Made by a program: the position numbers and the translations under genes. This document shows, piece by piece, positions 1 to 12,810 of a DNA stretch of 64,000 nt. The stretch covers positions 147,994,001 to 148,058,000 of the forward strand of contig OX597815.1 in NCBI GenBank assembly GCA_951406725.2, read 5' to 3'. The notes under the pieces were generated by a model. The model made no database searches. It was not told where the DNA came from and worked only from the letters and a program-made list of their open reading frames with translations. This DNA comes from Octopus vulgaris (Eukaryota). Within the stretch, counting starts at the first letter, position 1; each line of letters opens with the position of its first letter.

Positions 1-1437
1 ACGGCTCACAGAAGAAACTAAACACATGAAATTTACTTGAACTTATCAAAGGACCCCTGTGGATGTGGTAAACCCCTACGACTTATTTATTGAAATTCAC
101 ATTAACTCTGATTTAGCACCTGATACCTTTTTAAGTTTATGTTCGATTCTAACTTTACGGGACACATTGGATGCCTATTGCCTAAAGTTGATGTTGAAGA
201 CACTACTATACCTGGAACAACCAGGCGGACCTCCAGTGAGCAATAAGCCCCGGCGTGTTATTTATTGATTTTGTCTATTGTAATGTAGAAAAGGGCCATA
301 GCGTCGATAAGTGGTAGTCCCACAAGATGAATTTCGACTCAGTTGGTAATCATTTACTGCAGATGAATATAGAATGAGACACATTTACTTCCATAAAAGT
401 TCAAACTGCCACTATGAAACAGCATCAGAACTTGGGGAGGATATTATGGCTGTTACCCGCAATAAGATAAAGTAACACACGTTCTTTATCACTTGAATTT
501 CTGCAAGTTAACAGCCACGGGAGTGCAGTGATCCCATTCGGGCCTCTTTTAAATTCATATTATGGTCACAGCAAAGCATTTTAATTTCTGGAATTAACAG
601 TCAATTTAAACGAAATTTGACGCATCGGTTACTCTTGAACTATAAACGGAGTAGCGAATGTTTAAATCCTCCTGACTAAACTTTAGTTTGCTGAATTACA
701 TTTAAGATTATTGAATTTAATTTTGTTCCCAGGTTGTCTCTCGCTTCATTTCACACTCCTAACCTAGTGTAAATTTTAATGTCTACTCTATATGGATTGA
801 GCAATTTCACAATCATACCTAAACTGTGCGAATGATTGATTGCGTTTTGCACCCAGTTGTCTGCCCCGTTTAATTGCACCCCAGTTAAATGCGAAATGGC
901 GACCTCTGAGCTGTGTTCTGCAGATTTCATGACATTTGTATTATGCAATCAATCAGACAAATATAGTGTTGTTCATTAAATGAAATCATTCCTATATGCG
1001 TGTCAAGTCTGTCCTAGGATCACATTTCATTTTTGGCTTTTGACAAATGGTAGGTATCTTTTTACTTGCGTACTCTCATACACTATCCCGTGTTTCTGAA
1101 ATGTATCCGTATTCAACATTTGTCACCTTAATTGAGGTTTATCTTATTTGATTATGGTCATAAGGTTTCAGTTTACCATGCTGTGATCGGAAATTTTTGC
1201 CTGCATCCTTTCAATAGTTAATATTTTCTTATTGCTATTGTTTCGAACGCGAAAAAATATACTGATTTCGCGTTCCCTCGACGCGAACGTCGCTCCCGAG
1301 TTTTGAAAGAAAATGAAGTAAAAGCAAACAGAAAAGCCGAATTCTCTTTTAAAAGAGCCGTATTTGACAGAAGTCTTTCGGTTCATTTGAACGACTACTC
1401 TAGATTTATACCGGGCAACGCCGGGTACCTCTGCTAG
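1..1437 (+). mobile_element. Helitron-like element, 3' terminus (body extent uncertain; 5' end not identified)
   Basis: Subterminal hairpin TACCGGGC-AAC-GCCGGGTA (1409-1427) followed by CTAG (1434-1437) and then T, the canonical Helitron 3' signature. No Rep/helicase coding recognised upstream. Confidence 0.6.
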
Positions 1438-2284
1438 TTTTATATGCCAATTGTATTTCTCTATTTATACATATACATACGCAAATACACGCACACACAC
1501 GCACATACACACACACCTGCACACACACACACACGCACACACATATATTCACTTTTACCAGTTACTTATTGTGGCTAACATTATTGTTAGTTATTTTACT
1601 ATCCTCTTAATTTCTTTGTATCGGTATATCCATATGTCTCTAGAGATACTGCATGTTGTCGGTAGAAAAGAAACAATAAATCAATAATTCTGGAGAACAG
1701 CGATTTCTACATGTCCAGTTATATTCTGCATTCAATCACGTTTTACCATTTTTGCACCCACATGTTTCTGCTGCGACTCAATGCACTCTCCAAAATTTTT
1801 CATCTCGTCGAGATACCATCCGAAATAAATACAGATCCATCTAAAATATTTCATGCATGTTCTGTTAGTATTATTGAAATAGCCTAAAGTCTGACCTTTT
1901 CGATTCGGCTGGTTAGAAAAACAAGTGACTAGTTCTCCAAGAACTAATAAGCAAATGTATTCTTTCCTCCGAGTGGTAAATGATAGTATATTTAGTATCA
2001 GGTTGCTTAGTGTAAGCTGATGCTATTGTTGTTACTATTATTATCATTACTATTACTACCACTCTAATTATCATCCTATTTATTAATAACGATCTAGTGT
2101 TCTATCATTTAATTTGCCAATTCAATAATTAATTTAAATTTATGGATATAGTTATTGTTCTTTAATAATATAATTAAGTTTATTCATTAAGAGTTTATAT
2201 TTAACCAGCTAGTATAAGTGCTATTGCTTACATGTTTTTTATTCTAAGTTTAGTAATATCATACAATCACTTATATCGATTAAT

Positions 2285-3300
2285 TGTATGTTTTGTCTGA
2301 TGAAAACATCGTAACGTGATCTCGCGTCTAAGGTTTACAAGTTTGTATTTTGATTAGGAATTTGGTAAATGTCTTCAACACACGATTCACACCGTTCTCC
2401 TCTTGTACTGTATGGTTTGGCTCTTCTAATTATTCCTCAGATAATTTCACATTCCTTATTATATTTCATGAACCATGTTAGTTTGTTTAAGCAAGTCTGA
2501 TTCCTATTTTTGCGGTTTCTAAATGAATTTTCGCGACTGGAAATTCTTCTTTTTATATATGTTTTGCAAGCGCCGATATAATAAGACACGCGTCCTTTTG
2601 AGATTACCTTACACCAGTATACTGTTTCCTTAATTTTACAATTAGATTCAATGGGGCATAATCTCGTGTTTGAACAATCACATTCACTTTCTTTCATTTT
2701 CATGAATTTGAATATCAATTCCCAGTATATATTCTGAATTAATATTCCCAGGATCTCTATTATTATTACTACTAATAATAATTTCGTTCTTTCTATATTT
2801 TCGGTTACAATCATTGCTGTGAATATTTGGTTTTGTATTGCTGCTCATTTTGGTATACCTGATTACCTCTTCACATGCCTGTACGGTGTTTTTAGTAAAC
2901 ACTTCCCTTCCTTTGTTTTCCTTATGAACTTTATTTTCATTAACAACGCTTGTTTCGCTACTATTAGATAATATATTAATGCTAGTGTTCATATCCTTTC
3001 CGTAGAAATGATTTCATCTTTTCACGTTTTGTGTTGCTAAAATTTGTGCCATGCTCTTTGAAGTCGAAAAAACTATCCTTACTAAAAGCGACTTGAATAT
3101 TTTATAATAATTGCTATCTTTAGAAAAAATGTTTATCAACAGCCGAATAGAAGAATTTCGAAATGTTAGTGTTAATTTATTTACCAAATGGGATAATGAA
3201 GCATGCATTAAAATCGTGGATTCTGTTTGTATAGAAATTAGTAATATCTATGCAGGAGTGCATTCCTTACGTATTTCATTTGAATGTTTATTTCGATTTT
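2285..3300 (-). pseudogene. Penelope-like element remnant: RT C-terminal/linker region plus GIY-YIG endonuclease
   Basis: ORF 2437-2814 reads CDC..CPIESNC..VYWCKV..YYIGACKTYIKRRISS..SF..QTCLNKLTW. It continues past a stop into AKPYSTRGERCESC and RREITLRCFH. ORF 3014-3208 resembles the PLE linker (LLINIFSK..YKIF..FSTSKSM..I). Stops and frameshifts present. Confidence 0.85.
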
Positions 3301-3321
3301 AATTATATTCGCTATCAGTTA

Positions 3322-3396
3322 CATTATTATTATTATTATTATTACTATTATTATTATTACTATTATTATTACTATTCTTCTTCTTCTTCTTCTTCT

Positions 3397-3443
<47 letters not shown>

Positions 3444-3538
3444 TTCTTCTTCTTCTTCTTCTTCTTCTTCTTCGTATTATTATTATTATTCTTATTATTA
3501 TTATTGTTTTTGTTTTTGTTTTTGTTATCACTATTATT
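3322..3538. repeat. Compound (ATT)n/(CTT)n microsatellite
   Basis: Read directly; explains the poly-Y/S/L/K/R ORFs. Confidence 0.95.
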
Positions 3539-3757
3539 AAGGCAGTGAGCTGGTAGAATCATTAGCACGCCGGGCGAAATGCGGTATTCCGTCTACCGCA
3601 ACGTTCTGAGTTCAAATTCCGGTCGACTTCGTATTTCATGATTTGAGGCTGGATTAAAAAAGTACCTGTTACTCCCTGGGGTCAATGTAATCGACTTACC
3701 TCCTCCCCGAATATTACAAGATTACTGCTCATGAAAAAGTGTTGTTGTTGTTGTTAC

Positions 3758-3811
<54 letters not shown>

Positions 3812-4195
3812 GGTGGTGAGGTGGTAGAATCGTTAGTAGGCCGGACGAAATGCTTAGCGTTAATTCTTCTGCCGCTACGTTCTGTGTTCAAATTCCGCCG
3901 AGATCAACTCTGCCTTTCATTCATTCGAGGTCGATTACATAATTACAATTTACGCAATGGGGTCGATGTAGTCGACTTAATCCGTTTGTCTGTCCTTGTT
4001 CGTCCCCTCTGTGTTTAGCCCATTGTGGGTAGTAAAGAAATAGGTATTTCTTCTGCCGCTATGTTCTGTGTTCAAATTCCGCCGAGATCGACTCTGCTTT
4101 TCATCCTTTCGGGGTCGATTACATAAGTACCAGTCACGCACTGAATCGATGTACTCGACATATTCCTTTTGTCTGTGAGTCACCTGTGGGCAATA
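3539..4195 (+). mobile_element. tRNA-derived SINE family B (core GTCGACTTTGCCTTTCATCCTTTCGGGGTCGA): monomer 3539-3720 and tandem dimer 3810-4195
   Basis: Head AAGGCGGCGAGCTGGCAG, B-box-like GAGTTCAAATTCC, and a shared core repeated many times in the window. The core resembles the Meta-SINE domain (from memory). Confidence 0.8.
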
Positions 4196-4868
4196 GATAG
4201 ATAATTAAATGAGTTTATGAGCACTTATAAATTTCATAATTAGATGATTCAAAAATAAGATGGGCTGCTTGGCTTTCAGTTTGCAATGTGGCAATCTTTC
4301 CAGCTCAAAATAAATACCCTTGATAAAAGCGACAAAAGATAAGAGAGAGAAAAGGAAGGCTTGGGGAGAAAATGTGATCATATTTGTTTGGTTTTAAAGC
4401 ATTAGTAGAATATTGGTACTAGATTATATATGAAATAACAATGATTGGTGCGGTTAATCGAATGGGAATCTGCTGGAGATGTAAGAGTCTGCACTTGATA
4501 TGAATAGGGGGATGTTCATCGGCACTGCAGTAGATATTTGTCACGACGACCACCTCTTGTGGAAACTTGGGACGTGAGATTTTAAAGGATGCAGGTCTCA
4601 CGAGGTTAAAAAAAATGACGTGCGTTCTTTCAGCTATCCTAAACCTGCATTTACTTCACGTACTAATATATAGAGAAGGTCTCTGAGTTATACTTCTTAA
4701 TTTAGTGTGGAACACGTTTGTCATGCTCCCCTTGCTGCGTAGGTAATTCTCTTGTGGTCTGCTTACCGTAAAGAAGATTAACGTATGGCCCTATCACATG
4801 AAGAAAAGTAGAAGCTAGTATCCATATCTGCGATGATACACACATACATGGACACACACATAAATTAA

Positions 4869-5255
4869 ATCTCTCTTTTACTCTTTTGCTTGTTTCAGTC
4901 ATTTGACTGAGGCCATGATGGAGCACTGCCTTTAGTCGAGTGAATCGACCCAAGGACTTATTCTTTGCAAGCCAAGTACTTATTCTTTCGGTCTCTTTGC
5001 CGAACCGTTAAATTGTGGAGACGCACACACACCAGCATCGGTTGTCAAGCGATGTTGGGGGACAAATACAGAAACACAAACGTATACACTCACATACATA
5101 TATATGGTGGGCTTCTTTCAGTTTTCGAAACTAATCCACTCACAAGGCTTTGGCCGAGCGGAGACTGTAGTGCCGAAGGTGACACGCAGTGGGACTGAAT
5201 CCGGAACCATGTGTTTCGTAAGCAAGATATTTACCATACAGCCACTCCTACGCTT
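4869..5255 (-). mobile_element. tRNA-derived SINE family A
   Basis: Reverse complement of the copy at 62277-62686, with an internal microsatellite and the GGCGGTGCTCCAGCATGGCC tail. Confidence 0.85.
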
Positions 5256-5595
5256 ATATCTATAAAGTATATTCATATATAGAGGGGAGCGCCTGTGCTT
5301 GCATGCGTATACTAAGAGGCAGAGACGCGCACACACATTATTTCCTTTAGGCATTGCAATAATTTGTCATCCCAACTGTGCATGTGTATGAGTGCGCATA
5401 TATATGCATATGTATTAAAATAATATTTTTGTATCAAACTTGTTGACGATACAAAAGGCTCCTAACTACATTGATACTTAGAGACACACATCTGAATTAA
5501 GACGGGGTGTGTACTGTAATTTCGTATGTAAACTTGCATGTCGCATCTGCCGTTTTTAATAAACATCTATCTATCTATCTATCTATCTATGTTTG

Positions 5596-5671
<76 letters not shown>

Positions 5672-6796
5672 TTTTGAATATATGGTTCTTGGAAAAAGTG
5701 AAATCAATTACAGCTGTCAATACCTGCTTATCCTATTAATTTATGACGATATACGAAATTTAAAGTTGCATTCATATGAATATGAATATAATAACGATGG
5801 TGAGGATGATGATGAATATGATGATAACGATGGTGATCGTCTTCATCATCATCATCATCATTATCCAATTTGTGTATTCTTTTTTACGTTTTTCCAAAGC
5901 AACAGTACGTGAAGCTTCGTCTTAACAACTTCATAATCTGTTGCTGTTAATCATATGTTGTCGACTGGGCAGTTATATGTCTGCATTTGTCGGAGATGAT
6001 TGTTTTCTTGATATTATTAGAAATTAAAATTGTTTTCTCCACGAGTGATTGAAGTGCTTTTATATCATTTTAATATTGAATGTTTACTATTATTACGCAT
6101 ATTCCTGTGAAATATATTCTACAAATATTGGGATCGTTCTGATTTCGAGTGTTTTCCTATTGTTCGCATACGCTAATGTCATATTTACAATTATAGTTGT
6201 CAATTTTCTTTTAAAATTTTGATAACCACAAGTAACGATTCATCCACTTTCAATAATCTAAAAGAATTTTACCCACATATTACCATAAGTGTTTATATAC
6301 TTCAACTTTTTGAAACTTTTATTATCTAGCTTTTAGTCAGATATATTAGGCTGCAAAGGTGTTTTTGAGTTATCAACGCTACGGATTGTTCGTCATTGAA
6401 TGGTGATATCGTATGCCTCAAGTGTTATTTTAATTTAAGGAGATTTTTAAAATTCTTATTTAGGTTGTTTTCTCTGACACATTTTATTGATTCTCGTTTT
6501 AGTTGCTGAAATCCTAAAAGCTTCAGTGATATATTCCTTATATTCTATATTTCTGTAGTAATTCTTTTGTAAGTTACTTTACTATGTAAACACATTCCTT
6601 AATACAAAATATTGCGTATGCATATAATTGATATTGTGCTATCTGCAGATGTTTACTGATAAATTGAGTGAGATTTGATAGGGATATTTTAACTCAGACA
6701 TTTTTACAAATGACAAGCTATGTGGGGTAGTTTTGACATTTTGCGAACGCTAGGAATAATTTATGAATATTCGGAAAGTTTACTGTAAGATTCGTT

Positions 6797-6938
6797 ATCT
6801 TTACTCTTTTTTACTCTTTTACTTGTTTCAGTCATTTGACGGTGGCCATGCTGGGGCACTGCCTTTACTCGAGCAAATCGACCCCATGACTTATTCTTTG
6901 TAAGCCTAGTACTTATTCTATCGTACACACACACACAC

Positions 6939-6977
<39 letters not shown>

Positions 6978-7015
6978 TGGATTTGGTAGACGGAAACTGA
7001 AAGAAGCCTGTCGTA

Positions 7016-7092
<77 letters not shown>

Positions 7093-7480
7093 AAGTGTTT
7101 GTGTGTCTGTGTTTGTCCCCCTAGCATTGCTTGACAACCGATGCTGGTGTTTTTATGTCCCCGTTACTTTGCGGTTCGGCAAAAGAAACTGATAGAATAA
7201 GTACTGGGCTTACAAAGAATAAGTCCCAGGGTCGATTTGCTCGATTAAAAGGTGGTGCTCCAGCATGGCCGCAGTCAAATGACTGAAACAAGTAAATGAG
7301 TAAAGAGAGTATATATACGACGGGCTTCTTTCAGTTTCCGTCTACCAAATCTACTCACAAGTCTTTGGTCGGCCCGAGGCTATAGTAGAAGACACTTGCC
7401 TAAGCTGCCACGTAGTGGGACTGAACCTGGAACCATGTGGTTCGTAAGCAAACTACTTACCACACAGCCAGTCCTGGGCC
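6797..7480. mobile_element. Nested/inverted SINE family A composite (- tail 6797-6923, + copy 6973-7310, - head 7311-7480)
   Basis: Segments match the 62277-62686 copy in alternating orientation. Confidence 0.8.
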
Positions 7481-7887
7481 TATTTATATTTTCAAATCGA
7501 CCAAATAATCATTTTTGACCTCCCTCATCCTGAACTTTGTCCTGTATATTTCGATCTGGATATGATTTTGCAATAACATCATTTCCATTTCAAACGATAG
7601 GCTTCTAAAATGTACACAAACTGAGATTTCTTTTAATCCTGTATAGTGTAACAAATATCTCAACCAGGGCGTATGTTATAGTAACATATGACTGGCTTAC
7701 ATTTCTATATTTAAGAGATGAAGACTACGTACATTTGACAGATATTTGTCATCATCTTGTTTGTTGTTAACGTTTCGGCTGATAGACCCTCCGGCCTTCA
7801 TCAGGTGTCTTGAGCAAATTTCGAACCTGGGTTCTCATTCCTAAGGAATTTTTCGATGTCATTGTTACCATTATTATTATTATTATT

Positions 7888-9993
7888 CAGTAGTTTTATT
7901 TTTATTTTTATAGCGTGCTTTCACTTCACTACCGAGCACAGCTCTGTGTGCCTTGGGTATGTGCTGTGATTTGTTGTGATGCTCTGATGGTTATTGTATG
8001 GAAAGTGTTCTGCGTAGGATGTGTGCAGTGCCCAGTAGTGCAATTTTCTGTATGTTATATGTGTTTGTAAGTCTTGGTGTTTTTGTTATGTATTTGTCTG
8101 AATATTTTTTTATCATGCCTAATTGCACCTACTATGATAGGAATTGTTTCTGTTTTCAGATTCCACATTCTAGTTACCTCTATTTCCAGGTCTTTGTATT
8201 TTGAGAGTTTCTCCATTTCTTTTAGAGACACGTTGTCATCTGCCGGTACTGATACATCAATTAGAAAGCATTTTTTTTCTTCATGGTCTCTGACAACTAT
8301 ATCTGGTCTGTTGGCCTTAATTTCTCTATCTGTGTGTATCGGCATATCCCAGAGTATGGTTGCTTTCTCGTTTTCTGTGACCTTTTCTGGTGTGTGCCTA
8401 TACCATCTTTTTTCTGTTGTTATTCCATAATGTTGGCATAGCTTCCAATGTATGTAAGTTCCAACTCTGTCATGTCTGTGAATATATTCCTTCTTAGCCA
8501 GGACTGGGCAGCTAGAGATAATATGATTTATTGTTTCTTGTCCATCTCCACATATTCTGCAGTTACTTGTAATATTTCTTTTCATTACATGTTTTTGGTA
8601 ATTTCTGGTGGGGAGGCTTTGGTCTTGTGCTGCAATTAAAAATCCCTCTGTTTCTGCTTTGAGTCCTGAGCTTCTCAACCATTGCTGGGATTTTTCTTTG
8701 TCTATTTCTTTTGCGTTTAGTTTAGTCCAGTATTTACCATGAAGGGGCTTTTCTTGCCATCGTTTTATCATGGTTCTTTGCTGTTCTATTTTTAGTTTGG
8801 ATTTCATTTTTTTTATAGCTTTTGTTGTTTCTTCATCTTCTTCTTCTTCTTCATGTTTATTAGGTGGTATGATTTCTTGTTTGTATTTGTCAGCTTCCTT
8901 AAATACTGAGAACAGTTTTTTGTTTTGCTCGTGTTTTGCCGCTATCTGGATCAGTTTTCCTTCCTTCTGAAGTAGATATTTTTGCAGTCCTATGGTGGTT
9001 ATTTTATAGTAGTTTTCCAGCTGTATAAGGCCTCTACCACCTTCTATACGTTGTATATATAGTCTTTCTATGTCAGATTTTGGGTGATGCATCCTAGATC
9101 CTGTCATTATTTTTCTTGTTTTCCTGTCTATTTTGGTCAGTTCATTTCGTGTCCAGTTAAGGATATTGTAGCTGTAACTTATAACTGGGACAGCTAAAGT
9201 GTTGATACCTATTATCTTGTTTTTAGCATTGAGCTCTGTGTTTAGTATTGATCTAACTCGTCTATAATATTCTTTTTTTATTTTCTCTTTCATTTGTGTG
9301 TGTTGTGTCTTATCTAGTTCATGGATTCCTAAGTATTTGTAAGTTTGGCTTTGGTCTAATTCTTTTATTTCATTTGCTTCATCTAGTGTGATGTTGTTAC
9401 TCTTAACTAGTTTTCCTCTTTTCATGGTTACTTTGGCGCATTTTTCTAATCCAAATTTCATATCTATTTCTTTGGTAAATCCATGAACTGTCTTTAATAG
9501 TGTTTCCAGCTGTTTGTCGTTTGCAGCGTATAGTTTTAGGTCATCCATATATAAAAGGTGGCTGATCGTTTGGCCGTAACATTTATATCCGCATCCAGTT
9601 CTATTTAGCATATCAGATAGAGGTGACAGTGCTAAGCAGAAAAGGAGTGGAGAGAGCGTATCTCCCTGGAATATTCCTCTTCTAATGGGGATGTCTTTTG
9701 TTTTCATGAGTCCCTCTTTTGTTTGGAGGTGTAGGACTGTTTGCCATTTATTCATAGAGTGCTCTATGAATTTTATGATTGTTGGTGCTACTTTGTTAAT
9801 GGCTAGTGTTTCGAGGATCCATGTGTGGGGGATGCTATCAAACGCCTTTTTGTAGTCAATCCAGGCCATACTGAGGCCTTTCTTCTTTCTGTGGCTGTCT
9901 TCAGTTATGGCTTTATTAATCATTAGTTGATCTTTACAGCCATATGAGCTTTTGCGGCATCCTTTCTGCTCTTCTGGGAACAGTTTGTTTTCG

Positions 9994-9995
<2 letters not shown>
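7888..9995 (-). mobile_element. 5'-truncated R4/Dong-clade non-LTR retrotransposon inserted in (AAT)n
   Basis: RT plus CCHC plus REL coding, flanked on both sides by AAT repeats; 3'UTR 7888-7990. Confidence 0.93.
8055..9923 (-). CDS. R4/Dong reverse transcriptase with CCHC zinc knuckle and restriction-like endonuclease (partial; frameshift near 8122, native stop ~7991)
   Basis: Motifs AWIDYKKAFDS, RGIFQGDTLSP, HLLYMDD, YKYLG, CRIC..ETINHIISSC, RHD, RPD..D..EK..KY. One extra T relative to the 48121 copy shifts the C-terminus. Confidence 0.92.
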   Translation of the reverse strand: MINKAITEDSHRKKKGLSMAWIDYKKAFDSIPHTWILETLAINKVAPTIIKFIEHSMNKWQTVLHLQTKEGLMKTKDIPIRRGIFQGDTLSPLLFCLALSPLSDMLNRTGCGYKCYGQTISHLLYMDDLKLYAANDKQLETLLKTVHGFTKEIDMKFGLEKCAKVTMKRGKLVKSNNITLDEANEIKELDQSQTYKYLGIHELDKTQHTQMKEKIKKEYYRRVRSILNTELNAKNKIIGINTLAVPVISYSYNILNWTRNELTKIDRKTRKIMTGSRMHHPKSDIERLYIQRIEGGRGLIQLENYYKITTIGLQKYLLQKEGKLIQIAAKHEQNKKLFSVFKEADKYKQEIIPPNKHEEEEEDEETTKAIKKMKSKLKIEQQRTMIKRWQEKPLHGKYWTKLNAKEIDKEKSQQWLRSSGLKAETEGFLIAAQDQSLPTRNYQKHVMKRNITSNCRICGDGQETINHIISSCPVLAKKEYIHRHDRVGTYIHWKLCQHYGITTEKRWYRHTPEKVTENEKATILWDMPIHTDREIKANRPDIVVRDHEEKKCFLIDVSVPADDNVSLKEMEKLSKYKDLEIEVTRMWNLKTETIPIIVGAIRHDKKIFRQIHNKNTKTYKHI

Positions 9996-10053
<58 letters not shown>

Positions 10054-10192
10054 TGACTGCCTGAAATCGAACTCGGAATCTTGGGGCTAGATCACCGCGC
10101 TCTTAACAACTACGCCTTATGCCTGTGGGTATAGTAGTTAAGAGCGCGGTCTACTAACCCCAATATTCCTGGTTCGATTTCAGGCAGTGACA

Positions 10193-10232
<40 letters not shown>

Positions 10233-10283
10233 CAGCATTGAAAATGCTTTAGGAATAAGAACCCAGGTTCAAAATTTTCCCAA

Positions 10284-10329
10284 GACATCTGATGATGGCT
10301 GGAGGGTATATCAGCCGAAACGTTGTGTT
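10284..10329 (+). ncRNA. Minimal type I hammerhead ribozyme in the SINE H tail
   Basis: GACAT-CTGATGA-T-GGCTG..CAGCC-GAAA-C-GTT-GTGTT: stem I GACAT/GTGTT, stem II GGCTG/CAGCC, loopless palindromic stem III (AACGTT), as in dimer-type PLE hammerheads. Confidence 0.65.
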
Positions 10330-11999
10330 AACAACAAACAAGATGGGGACATATATTAGTCAAATGTAAACAATGTATATGACTGGCTTGTTATAATGAT
10401 TGCTCAAGGTTGCTGGAAGGTTGCTCAAGAAGCTCACTTTGGAATCTCATAATTTCGGGTTTAGTACCTAGGCCAATAAATGCCTTGAATACTGTGGGCA
10501 GAAATTATGTGAAAGTTCGTCATATATATGTACGTACATATGTGCATTTGTTTGTGTGTTTGTCTTTCTGTTACCAACACTGTGTCATTGACAACTGGTA
10601 CAGGGCTGGATTTGTGGGACTAAACCATTCAGAGTTGTGCCTCAGAGCGACCGCAGTCCAATGACTGAAATATGTAAATAGTAAAAGAAAAGGTATTAAT
10701 TTTTGTATGATTTATCAGATTATGTTAGCTGAGAATTCGCAAGATAATTGCGAAGGAAGATGGATATATTCTGCTTTATGTAACTTCAACAATAATTGTT
10801 TTCTACATATGTCTCTCTTTGTGCATTCCTAAAATTTACATTCATAACTCTCTTTTGCACAGTTCCCTAGTTCAAATTTATGCATACACATTTTCAAAAC
10901 CCCAAGTGCTTGCTATAAAAACGTATTACCTTAATTTTTATTCTAGAGATTTTCAATTGTTCTCTGTACACTGTGTGTTTTATTCGGTAGCCATTAGGCA
11001 TATAACAGAAACCAGTGTTATTCAGCTATCATTTATTGCTAAAATGTTAGAAAATAAAATAAACGCGACTTCGCTGACATCACTTAAAGTATATGGCTGG
11101 CGATGTTTATTCTGCATTTGCCATGTAATATTTCTTGTCCAGTTACATTGTTTTCACGTATTTTGTGCTGTTAAGCAAATTCTTCCAAATGTATCTATAC
11201 ACAGTTGATGCTTGGAGCATTAGTTTTACTAATACCATATTTTCGATAGTCTGAGTTACGTTGCCAGTGAGAAAACGGAGAATAATGGGATGCAAAACTC
11301 TCTTTTGAATTTGTTTAACACGAACAATTTTACAAGATTTCCAAATGCGTTTTCAGATGTATAAGGTAGGCAATGTATAGCCTATCGCAATAGTCTAACA
11401 TAGCCATTTGTTATTTGTACATTATTATAGCATTTCATATATTTGAGTTTCGTTTCAAATTTTTTAAAAATCTACATTAAAATGAATGTCGAAAGGTGGT
11501 GTATGAGTTTAAAGGTGGTGTATGAGTTTTATTTATCAATCTGATACATGAGGTTGTCCCTCTCGCTCTTGTTGGTTGCTATGTCAACACAAATGGTGTA
11601 AATTCAAGACCCATCATTTTTACAGGCTTCGTTTCTCAAGCGATAATATTGTAGAAGAGTGTTACGTAAGCGATTGCAGAATTTATACATTTTTTTTTCT
11701 ATGTGGAGATTTAATGATGTTTTCTTTTAATTAATCTTCAAGGCAAGCTTGAATGTTAGATGCTTAGCATTTTCTTCAGCAGAGCGAGGATTTATATATA
11801 GGAATCCGTCAAAATATTTGGATACAAATAGCGGGAATTATCTTACTACTTGAAGTTTTAAATTTTGGTAATGTGTACGGTGATAAATAGTATGTATAAT
11901 TTCTATATGGATCATAGTATTCTTTCGTTTTTTTCTCCCTGAAATTAAATGAATATAATTTATATAAATCCATGTTGATGTGTAGACGACTGTTATATA

Positions 12000-12810
12000 C
12001 TTGATTTTTGCCATATAGTTTTAAATCATACATATAAAATAGATAGCTTATTTTCCTGTTGTCAATTTTGTAGCCATACCCTGTTCTATTCAGTTCACTT
12101 GAGAGTGGTATTAGTGCTATGCAGAAAATTAGAGGTGAAAGTGATCCAACTTGTAAAATGCCACACTTTATTGCTTGAGCGCAATACTCCACTAGAATGA
12201 TATAGTTGGAGCTTCGTGCTCCATAGTGGCATATTATACTTTAAAAAATCTGAATTTGTAGGAGAAAGTTTGAAAATGGCCAGCGATTTCAGAATCCACG
12301 AATGTGGTATACTGTCAAAGGCTGCTTTCATAATCAATCCATGAAGAGCTGAAATTTCTGCGTTTGTTATGGTAGTTCTCAAGGACCTTGCGATTAATTA
12401 GGAGCTGATCTTTGCATCCGTATGAGCCTCGTCTGTATCCTTTTTGTTCAGAGGGAAAGAGATTATTCTCTTCCATAAACGTATATGTTTTCTCCACTAG
12501 AATAGATGTCAAAATCTTATAGGTAGTAGATAAACATGTTATAGGCCGGTAGCTTTTGGGTCTTTCGTTTCATTATTTGGCGGCGGGGGGGTAAGTAATA
12601 CCAATGGGGAGTTTTTTTCCGGTTTTCATAATACTATTGAATAGTATTACTAACATTTTCCATGCGGACGAGAGTGATGAGCCAGCAATTTGGTACTCTC
12701 TCAATACCAGAATCTGTTTTTATCCAGGTTTGGTCTGCTGGCTGGATTCCGGCTCCTCCAAATTCTGTTGGAGTTTGCGGTGTGTTTCTCCTGGGTTGGC
12801 CTACTTAATG
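12000..12810 (-). pseudogene. Degenerate R4/Dong RT fragment
   Basis: EQKGYRRGSYGCKDQLLIN, WIDY, AFDSIPHSWI, LSPLIFCIALIPLS and YLFYMYDL spread over three frames. Confidence 0.85.

Larger units (their letters stand above)
7699..10376. mobile_element. Head-to-head pair of tRNA-head/(AAT)n/hammerhead SINEs (family H); left arm interrupted by a Dong LINE; 13-bp TSD
   Basis: Left arm (-): tail 7699-7887, head 10050-10116. Right arm (+): 10127-10376. ATATGACTGGCTT is repeated at 7686-7698 and 10377-10389. Confidence 0.85.

Noticed and set aside
3250-3568. Low-complexity ORFs (poly-Y/S/L/K/R; also the YI/HT/CV ORFs throughout the window)
   Set aside because: Translations of microsatellites.
10050-10196. 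tRNA genes
   Set aside because: A/B boxes are present but there is no complete cloverleaf; these are SINE heads continuing into (AAT)n and a tail.
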